Source of the DNA: Parcubacteria group bacterium Athens0714_16
GTDB taxonomy: Bacteria; Patescibacteriota; Minisyncoccia; Phycocordibacterales; 21-14-all-36-13
Reading direction: 5' to 3'
NCBI GenBank assembly: GCA_007376805.1
Contig: VMGX01000002.1
Coordinates: forward strand, 47,116-111,115
Length of the DNA stretch: 64,000 bases
Under the pieces are notes generated by a model that saw only the letters and a list, made by a program, of their open reading frames with translations, had not been told where the DNA came from and ran no database searches. This document shows, in pieces, positions 1 through 6,715 of this stretch; within the stretch, counting starts at the first letter, position 1; each line of letters opens with the position of its first letter. A program made the position numbers and the translations under genes.

Positions 1-244
1 TTGTCCGAATCTATTTCGCTGACGGTGTTTTGGGTTGTTGTTTTTGTTTCCGTAGAAACAGGCGTATTCTTTTTTCTGGTAAAAACCAAAATAGCTGTTA
101 TCACTAACAGAACGATAACCAGTAAAATTATGAATTTTTTACTTGGTAAGAATTTCAAGTTTTTAGTATTATTTGTTGAAATAAAAATTTTTACGTTTCA
201 ACACCCAAATTATATCAAAAAAAATATAAAAGTGCTTTAAAATA

Positions 245-1048
245 CTATTCTTTTGTGGACAACTCAAAACATAGTTGCTCCCAATCTTTTAAGGACAGAT
301 TCTCGGCTCTGATTTTTTCTGAAAGCTTGATTTTTTTAAAAATATTTTCTATTTTTTCTCTTGTTCCAAGTCCCCCACTGATCAGGTTTCCCAAAAGCAA
401 TTTTCTTTTATGTAGAAATCCTATTTTCACAATTTCAAAAAATCTTTTTTCATTAATTTTTTTAAAAAAGTCGTTGGATATGTTCTCAATTAGTAGTATT
501 GCTGAATCAACCTTTGGTTGTGGTTTAAAATATTTTTTTGATACGTTTTTTACTACCCTTGGCTTCCCGTATGCTTTTACAGAAATCGACAAAATACTCT
601 CTTTTTTGTCTCTTGCCACAATCCTCTGGGCCACTTCTTTTTGTATCATTAATACCATCAGCTCTGGTTTATATTTTGCTCCCAGAAATTTTCTAAGTAT
701 GGCACCCGTTATGTAATATGGTATGTTCGCTACCACCTTATAGTCAAAATCCTTATAAAAAGAAAGGATATTTGGGTCAAAGTTCAAAATATCTTCCTCG
801 AGTATCTCAAGACGGTTGTGTTTTATTGCTTCAGAGAATTTTTCCTTTAAACCACCAATTAGTGTCCTGTCTTTTTCAACGGCAACCACTTTCCCAGCAA
901 AAATTGTTAAAATTTCTGTAAGAGAACCTTTTCCAGGTCCAATTTCTAAAATAATGTCTTCAGGACAAACATCGGAAGCATCGCGGATTATGTTTAATAT
1001 ACTTTTTGAGTTTAAAAAATGTTGCCCAAGGGATTTTTTGTATTTCAT
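245..1048 (-). CDS. rsmA: 16S rRNA adenine dimethyltransferase RsmA/KsgA
   Basis: 267-aa ORF. N-terminal KSLGQHFL and SAM-binding EIGPGKGSLTE motifs are typical of the KsgA/Erm family. Confidence 0.9.
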   Translation of the reverse strand: MKYKKSLGQHFLNSKSILNIIRDASDVCPEDIILEIGPGKGSLTEILTIFAGKVVAVEKDRTLIGGLKEKFSEAIKHNRLEILEEDILNFDPNILSFYKDFDYKVVANIPYYITGAILRKFLGAKYKPELMVLMIQKEVAQRIVARDKKESILSISVKAYGKPRVVKNVSKKYFKPQPKVDSAILLIENISNDFFKKINEKRFFEIVKIGFLHKRKLLLGNLISGGLGTREKIENIFKKIKLSEKIRAENLSLKDWEQLCFELSTKE

Positions 1049-1180
1049 CTAATAACAATAAAACAAAAAAGCACCAAAAACAAATAAAAACACATTCAAA
1101 ATATTCCAAATTGTTAAGCAATGTATCAATTGAGCAATTGAACAATGAAATTTGTTATCCACAGGTGGGTTTTTTCTAGA

Positions 1181-1209
1181 TTGACTTTTTTGCCCCCAAG
1201 GACTATATT
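1181..1209 (+). promoter_or_regulatory. sigma70-like promoter upstream of the LysM/M23 gene
   Basis: TTGACT (1181-1186), 17-nt spacer, TATATT (1204-1209). This leaves a hairpin-containing leader of about 200 nt before the start at 1413. Confidence 0.5.
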
Positions 1210-1412
1210 CTATCTTGTGACGGCTGATTTATGGGTGATTTGGTAAGAAATGGCTTAGCAGAGCCATATACTGAAAGAAAGAACGATTACACACTAAAAA
1301 AAGGCTTATTTTATCTAAAAATCTAAAACCTGATTCCGCAGGCGGTGTAGCAAGAAACAGGAATCAGGCCCAAAAAGGCGTTATTTTTAGGCTTTTCATT
1401 GAAAAGTCCCTT

Positions 1413-2402
1413 TTGCTTGTAATAACAACACTATTTGTTTACTTCCCCTTGACCGCAAACGCAGGGGTCTTTTCATTTATATATGCAATGTTTAATGGTG
1501 AGCCGGTTCAATCAGAGGTTGTAGAAAGTGGAAATCTACAAAATATGACCCTTTTACAAGCGGCTCTAAACAATGATCCAAATCCAGCAAAAGGAGGTGG
1601 AGATATAACTATAGTTAATGGCGTTGCGCTTCTTTCCGAAGCAGGACCTTCTGGTTCAGTTCTCGAAAGTGTGACTGACAACCCATCAGACCAGATAAGC
1701 GTTTATGTTGTTAGAAAAGGAGACACCCTTTCTCAGATAGCAACAATGTTTGGTGTTTCTATTAATACAATCATTTGGGCAAATGATATAAATAAAGGAA
1801 CACAAATTTCTCCTGGCGACACACTTGTAATATTGCCTATGTCAGGAATTAAATATGAAGTTAAAACAGGAGACACATTAAAAAGTATTGTTGAAAAATA
1901 TAATGGTGATTTGGGCGAAGTAATGAAATATAACGGGTTTGATGAAAATACAACATTGGCAATTGGTGATGTTGTGATGATTCCAGATGGAGAAATAGCA
2001 CAACCTCGTGCAACGACGTCTACGTCGCCTATTAAATCTTCTGGTGGACCTGTATACAAAGGTTATTATATAAATCCACTCCTCGGATCAATAAAAACAC
2101 AAGGAATTCATGGTTATAACGGAGTTGATCTGGCCGCACCAACAGGGACACCAATTGTTGCTTCTGCTGGAGGTCAGGTTGTTATAAGTAAAGATTACGG
2201 ATGGAATGGTGGTTATGGAAATTACATAGTTATAAAACACAGCAATGGAACGCAGACACTTTATAGTCACATGAGTAAAAATATTGTTTTTGCAGGACAG
2301 TGGGTTGTCCAAGGACAAGTAATCGGGTATGTTGGTTCAACAGGAAAATCAACCGGTCCACACCTACACTTTGAAATTCGTGGTGCGACAAATCCTTTTT
2401 AA
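1413..2402 (+). CDS. secreted LysM-repeat / M23 family metallopeptidase (cell-wall hydrolase)
   Basis: Hydrophobic signal-like N-terminus. Two LysM-like repeats (YVVRKGDTLSQIA, YEVKTGDTLKSIV). C-terminal M23 motifs GVDLAAPTGTPI and HLHFEIR. TTG start is uncertain. Confidence 0.85.
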   Translation: MLVITTLFVYFPLTANAGVFSFIYAMFNGEPVQSEVVESGNLQNMTLLQAALNNDPNPAKGGGDITIVNGVALLSEAGPSGSVLESVTDNPSDQISVYVVRKGDTLSQIATMFGVSINTIIWANDINKGTQISPGDTLVILPMSGIKYEVKTGDTLKSIVEKYNGDLGEVMKYNGFDENTTLAIGDVVMIPDGEIAQPRATTSTSPIKSSGGPVYKGYYINPLLGSIKTQGIHGYNGVDLAAPTGTPIVASAGGQVVISKDYGWNGGYGNYIVIKHSNGTQTLYSHMSKNIVFAGQWVVQGQVIGYVGSTGKSTGPHLHFEIRGATNPF

Positions 2403-2533
2403 TTTAAAACCTCTGGGAGAGGTTTTAAATCCATCCCAGTTAAATATACTTCGTATTTAACGGGACGAGTAATATTTTTTATTTTTAACCGGCTTATTTA
2501 AAGCCGTTTTTTTGTTTTTATGATTTAGTGGTT

Positions 2534-4066
2534 TTATGAATACGTTTTCGGTCTATATTGCAACGCCTCAAATATATGAGGTGTTTTTATTTGTTCATCT
2601 CCATTCAAATCTGCAATCGTGCGCGCAAGTTTTATTACTCTATGATATGAGCGAGCAGACATCCCTAATTTTTCAGCAGAATTATTTAATGCCATGCGAG
2701 TTTGTAAATCTAAATCAACTGTGTTTGTAATATCTTTCGCGGACATATCAGAATTTATTTTTACACCTTTAAGTTTTTCTTTTTCAAATCTTTCTTTTTG
2801 AATTTTTCTAGCCTCTTCAACCCGCGAGCGAACCCTTTTTGATTCCCCGCCATTCCCACGCATTGCTAATTTTTCATAATCAATCTTTGAGACCTCAACC
2901 CACATATCAATTCTATCGATTATAGGTCCTGAAATTTTTTTTCTATATCTATCAAGTTCAAGCGGAGAGCAGGTACATTCTTTTTCTGTTCCAAAATTTC
3001 CACACTTGCACGGATTCATCGCAGCAACGAGAATAAAGTTTGCAGGAAACGTGGCAGATCCACGCGAACGAGAAATATTTATAATTCTATCTTCGAGAGG
3101 TTGTCTCATTGCCTCAACAACTCGCCTATCAAATTCTGGAAATTCGTCCATAAATAAAACCCCTTTGTGTGCAAGAGTAATTTCTCCTGGTTTTGGTATT
3201 GTTCCACCGCCAACCATAGAAACATATGACGAAGTGTGATGTGGAGAGCGAAACGGAGGATTTGTTATTAAATCTTCATTTAAAATTCCGGCAACAGAAT
3301 GAATACTTGTGACTTCTAAAATTTCATCAAAATCCAAACGAGGTAAAATACCACAAAAAGCTTTAGCCAACATTGTTTTTCCAGTTCCCGGTGGCCCATA
3401 CATGGCAATATTGTGTCCGCCTGACGCTGCGATTTCCAAACCTCTCTTTGCAGTTTCCTGACCTTTTATATCTGAAAAATCCAAAAGTGAATCCAGCTCT
3501 TTATAAAAAATTTCTGTTTGTTCTTGCGGGTTGATTTCTGTTTTTATTTCCTTGTTCAAGTGGTCAATAACTTCTTTTAAAGAATTCGCACCGAATATTT
3601 TTATTCCATCAATAAGTCCCGCTTCAACGGCGTTGTCTCTTGGAATATAAATTTCTTCAAATCCAAGTTCTTTTGCTTTTAAAACAAGTGGAAGCACACC
3701 ACCTATTTTTCTCAAATCACCATTTAAAGATAATTCACCAAGGAACATTTTCTTTTCAGTATCAAAATTAATTTGTTTTACCGCGAGCAAATACGCAAGA
3801 GCAATTCCTAAATCAAAAATAGGCCCCTCTTTTTTTAATTGAGCCGGCGCGAGCGCGATTACAACTTTTTGATTCTTCTTTTTTGGTGACGGGAAGCCAG
3901 AATTTTTTATTGCAGCGGAAACTCTGTCGCGTGATTCTTCAACTGCCTTGTCAGGAAGACCAACGACTGAAAAAGAATGAAGACCTTTTATTAAATCAAC
4001 CTCGATGTCAATTAAGTGTGCTTTAAGTAGAGATGTTTGTGCAGAATAAACTTTTGAGAAGGACAT
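2534..4066 (-). CDS. comM: YifB/ComM family Mg-chelatase-like AAA+ ATPase
   Basis: Walker A GPPGTGKT and ComM/YifB-like N- and C-terminal regions. Start placed at MSFSKVY; the ORF is open to 4087. Confidence 0.85.
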   Translation of the reverse strand: MSFSKVYSAQTSLLKAHLIDIEVDLIKGLHSFSVVGLPDKAVEESRDRVSAAIKNSGFPSPKKKNQKVVIALAPAQLKKEGPIFDLGIALAYLLAVKQINFDTEKKMFLGELSLNGDLRKIGGVLPLVLKAKELGFEEIYIPRDNAVEAGLIDGIKIFGANSLKEVIDHLNKEIKTEINPQEQTEIFYKELDSLLDFSDIKGQETAKRGLEIAASGGHNIAMYGPPGTGKTMLAKAFCGILPRLDFDEILEVTSIHSVAGILNEDLITNPPFRSPHHTSSYVSMVGGGTIPKPGEITLAHKGVLFMDEFPEFDRRVVEAMRQPLEDRIINISRSRGSATFPANFILVAAMNPCKCGNFGTEKECTCSPLELDRYRKKISGPIIDRIDMWVEVSKIDYEKLAMRGNGGESKRVRSRVEEARKIQKERFEKEKLKGVKINSDMSAKDITNTVDLDLQTRMALNNSAEKLGMSARSYHRVIKLARTIADLNGDEQIKTPHIFEALQYRPKTYS

Positions 4067-4318
4067 GATGTATATACAATAAATCAAGAAAACAAAAAAG
4101 CAAAGAAATAATGTTGAAAAAACCTAACAAAAAATAAATTATTTCAAAAATAGATTTAAAACTACAATGTTTTTAATTTGATATTAAAAAGTTTTTTTTC
4201 ATTCACAATTGTTTCATTGTTTCATTGTTCCATTGTTAAAAACTAAAAATTAAGAACCTAGAAACTAGCCACTAGAACCTAGGCAGTGGCCTTGTTGAGC
4301 CATATTATATTAAAATAC

Positions 4319-4347
4319 TTGACAAGAAAACTCAATTATGCTATCAT
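4319..4347 (+). promoter_or_regulatory. near-consensus sigma70 promoter driving a noncoding locus
   Basis: TTGACA (4319-4324), 17-nt spacer, TATCAT (4342-4347). No ORF of 60 aa or more lies downstream until 5195. Confidence 0.6.
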
Positions 4348-4353
4348 ATAGGA

Positions 4354-4668
4354 AGATAATTAAGAGGTTTGAAATGAGCTTTCTAGGAGAACAGTGGAGA
4401 GACCACAAAATTAATAATAACCAGTGTCTCTCCAGCGTTCTCCCAGAAAGGTTAATATAGAGAGTTTCAGATAACCGAAAATGGTTATCACCAGCTAATT
4501 GGGTTGGTGTGACGCTCTCTGGGAGTCGAATTGATTGTGATTAGTCCAAGAAAAGATTAATCACAGAAACACATCTCAAAAGGAAGTGTACGACAAATAT
4601 CTGCACAAGATATGAAAGAATAAATAATGACGAACATTCCATTCTTTCATGTCGGCACTTCCTTTTTT
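4354..4668 (+). ncRNA. structured RNA of unknown class (series of long hairpins ending in a U-run)
   Basis: Hairpins read directly. 4379-4392 pairs with 4437-4450, with an inner 9-bp helix. Small hairpins lie at about 4470-4560. Nested 10-bp helices: 4579-4588 with 4656-4665, and ATGAAAGAAT with ATTCTTTCAT. These are followed by TTTTTT. I saw no RNase P, tmRNA or SRP core motifs. A 28-codon ORF (4374-4460, AAGAGG RBS) coincides with the first hairpin. Confidence 0.4.
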
Positions 4669-4816
4669 GAAGAGTTCTTTAAATAATAATTCGTAACTTC
4701 ATTCTTAATTAATTTCTCCACGAGAGAATTTGGCACGCACGACTTGTGTTTCGTCCTTACTGATGTTTTTTACACCAGATCAAGACGCAGAACACTAACA
4801 GTATGCCAATTCTCTC

Positions 4817-4872
4817 ATTCTGTCTTGAGATGCGTATCTCAACTGATGAGTCCAAAAGGACGAAACAAAAAA
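4817..4872 (+). ncRNA. hammerhead ribozyme, type III topology
   Basis: GUC(4822-4824) | stem I hairpin UUGAGAU-GCGU-AUCUCAA (4825-4842) | CUGAUGA (4843-4849) | stem II GUCC-AAAA-GGAC (4850-4861) | GAA (4862-4864) | ACA... pairing with UGU (4821-4823). All invariant core positions are present. Confidence 0.8.
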
Positions 4873-4927
4873 GTTTGTCAAACACCCGATGTTTGACAAC
4901 AGAAAAAATAAAAGTTCTTTAAAAAAT

Positions 4928-4979
4928 TTAGTTAGTTCTCTAAAATTACAAACGATTATAATTTTAGAGAACTAACTAA
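4928..4979 (+). other. perfect 20-bp inverted repeat (hairpin) immediately upstream of a small ORF
   Basis: TTAGTTAGTTCTCTAAAATT (4928-4947) and AATTTTAGAGAACTAACTAA (4960-4979), with a 12-nt loop. Confidence 0.7.
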
Positions 4980-4993
4980 TAAAGAGAGTTAAA

Positions 4994-5104
4994 ATGGAAA
5001 ACACAACAAAAAATCAAAAATGCAAAATGCTTGGGAAGGTTTATTTCACAATGCTCATCGTAGCTGTTGTTGCGTGGGCGACAGTTGTTATTTATAGTTT
5101 GTGA
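4994..5104 (+). CDS. 36-aa hydrophobic peptide (MENTTKNQKCKMLGKVYFTMLIVAVVAWATVVIYSL)
   Basis: ATG preceded by a GAGAG Shine-Dalgarno-like sequence. Single predicted TM helix. Followed by hairpin CATCGC-TTAT-GCGGTG plus a T-run. Below the ORF-track size cutoff. Confidence 0.4.
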   Translation: MENTTKNQKCKMLGKVYFTMLIVAVVAWATVVIYSL

Positions 5105-5194
5105 ATATTTTTGTTTTATTTTTAAAAAAACATCGCTTATGCGGTGTTTTTCTTTTTAATTATGGATTTAAAAGCTCTAAACGAGCTTTTAAAT

Positions 5195-5557
5195 TTATTT
5201 TACGTGTTCCAAACAAGTTGTTGCTGATGGGTTTGCGTCTAATCGCGCTTCTGGAATTTCTTTTCCACACACATCACAAATTCCGTATGTTCCATTTTTC
5301 ATTTTTTCTAGCGCCTTTTTTGTTTCGTTATATTTAATTTCAAGCTCTTTTAGTATTGCTGCATTTCCTTCAAATTCTTCAATTTCATCAGCATAATCAG
5401 TTGAATCAGCGGACGGCAAAGCTTCCTCGTCTGGTTCTGCTTCCCAGTCCTTTAGGTTGTCTGGGTTCTTTCTCCCAACACTATTAAGCTCGTTTTCCAA
5501 GAGTTTTAGTTCACTTTCAAGTAAATTTTTATATTTTTCTAATTTATTTTTTTCCAT
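5195..5557 (-). CDS. DksA/TraR family C4-type zinc-finger protein
   Basis: Coiled-coil N-terminus. C-terminal CDVCGKEIPEARLDANPSATTCLEH four-Cys motif. Confidence 0.8.
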   Translation of the reverse strand: MEKNKLEKYKNLLESELKLLENELNSVGRKNPDNLKDWEAEPDEEALPSADSTDYADEIEEFEGNAAILKELEIKYNETKKALEKMKNGTYGICDVCGKEIPEARLDANPSATTCLEHVK

Positions 5558-5745
5558 GTTTTTATAATTATTAAAGTATATTATCTCAAAAATTGCCTAT
5601 GTGCAAACTTGCCCCGTTAAATAATTTGTCCATGACAAATTCCTGCACGAGCAGGATTTAACAGGGCCAAATTTTAAACAACAAAACAATGAAATAATGA
5701 AGCAAAAATATTATGGATTCAAATGCTCATTTAGAGCATTTGAAT

Positions 5746-6705
5746 TTATTGTCCAAATTTTACACGAATGAGACGATCAAGGATTTCTGCGACAGTGTAT
5801 TGATTTGTTGTGATGAGAATCGTTTCTCTGTCTGGGAATAAATACATCAACTTTGAATTTCCTTTTGCATCATTCAATACGCGTGTGTCTTTATTTCTTA
5901 TAACAATATCTTCAAATGTTTTTTTGATATTTACAAACGATTCGCTCGTTGTTGTTCCGCTATCTGCAATTATTTCAGTACTGTTTTTGTTTGTTGTTTT
6001 AGAAGGACCGTCTATAAATATTGGACCAAGATCGTTTTCCATAGTTTTTTCCCACTCCAACATGCCCGTAAATGCATTTTCAAACGAAGATGTTTTAAGA
6101 ATTATAAATGGCTCAATATTTCTGACCGAGTGAATTCCAAACATAAATTCATCACTCAAATATTTAGACAAAGAAACCGGCAATTTTATTTCGAGTAAAT
6201 TTAAAAACTCACTAGGGGTTAATATTTTTATTATCTCAACATCTTCTGTTGTGGCCAATATTTTTGTTATTGACCCCAATTGAGATTTGTTTGTTTTTCT
6301 TTCCTCTAAAACTTTTGATACAAAAGTTTTTTTGTCCACCCCCGTTACGTCGATGTTTTTTGTTTCGTTGCTAAAAATTATTTCTATCTGTGTCGGCAAT
6401 ATTTTTACATCAGCTGTGTTTTCTGTCCCAGTCAAAGATAAAATAATTATTATAATTGCAATAACAAAAAGCAAAATTGAACCACCCGTAATAAGTGTTT
6501 TTTTGTCCAAAAATTTTTGGGAAAAGCTTTCTTTTTTGTTGTCGATAAAATATTCTCCCTCCCCATCCCTTCTTTTTTGTTCGGCAACAGCAATACCAGC
6601 AACGGATGCTTTTTTAAATTTTACGACATCAGAGATGTCGCCTTCATAGGTTCTTATTACACCGTCCCTCTGTTTTTTTTCTTGTTGTGGAGTTTCTTCT
6701 GGCAT
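5746..6705 (-). CDS. hypothetical single-pass membrane protein
   Basis: 319-aa ORF with one strongly hydrophobic helix (ILLFVIAIIIIILSL). No recognisable motifs. Confidence 0.5.
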   Translation of the reverse strand: MPEETPQQEKKQRDGVIRTYEGDISDVVKFKKASVAGIAVAEQKRRDGEGEYFIDNKKESFSQKFLDKKTLITGGSILLFVIAIIIIILSLTGTENTADVKILPTQIEIIFSNETKNIDVTGVDKKTFVSKVLEERKTNKSQLGSITKILATTEDVEIIKILTPSEFLNLLEIKLPVSLSKYLSDEFMFGIHSVRNIEPFIILKTSSFENAFTGMLEWEKTMENDLGPIFIDGPSKTTNKNSTEIIADSGTTTSESFVNIKKTFEDIVIRNKDTRVLNDAKGNSKLMYLFPDRETILITTNQYTVAEILDRLIRVKFGQ

Positions 6706-6715
6706 AAAAGTTTTT

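Noticed and set aside
1-240. 79-aa + strand ORF at the window start
   Set aside because: It is a low-complexity hydrophobic translation of AT-rich sequence with no RBS. The minus strand is also open here, but I could not identify a start codon or a family.
1155-1163. Perfect DnaA-box 9-mers (TTATCCACA at 1155-1163 and 12889-12897, reverse at 16680-16688, near-match at 56421-56429) as a possible oriC
   Set aside because: The boxes are dispersed over 55 kb, not clustered, and no dnaA/dnaN genes are nearby. This is insufficient for an origin call.
1210-1412. ~200-nt leader of the LysM/M23 gene as a cyclic-di-AMP (ydaO-type) or other riboswitch
   Set aside because: The genomic context is suggestive, since cell-wall hydrolase genes often carry one. 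However, I could not find the conserved ydaO core sequences by eye; only generic hairpins are present. An Rfam scan is needed before any claim.
4354-4668. Structured RNA as RNase P RNA, tmRNA, 6S or SRP RNA
   Set aside because: There is no GAGGAAAGUCC / ACAGAA...GGCUUA (RNase P) and no tRNA-like 3' end or tag ORF (tmRNA). There is no GGAA-tetraloop SRP domain IV and no 6S-like single long bubble helix. It is left as unknown class.
5380-5400. CTGATGA on the minus strand inside the DksA-like gene as a second hammerhead
   Set aside because: No GAAA element follows a stem II, and there is no matching stem I or cleavage triplet. The sequence simply encodes ADEIEEF.
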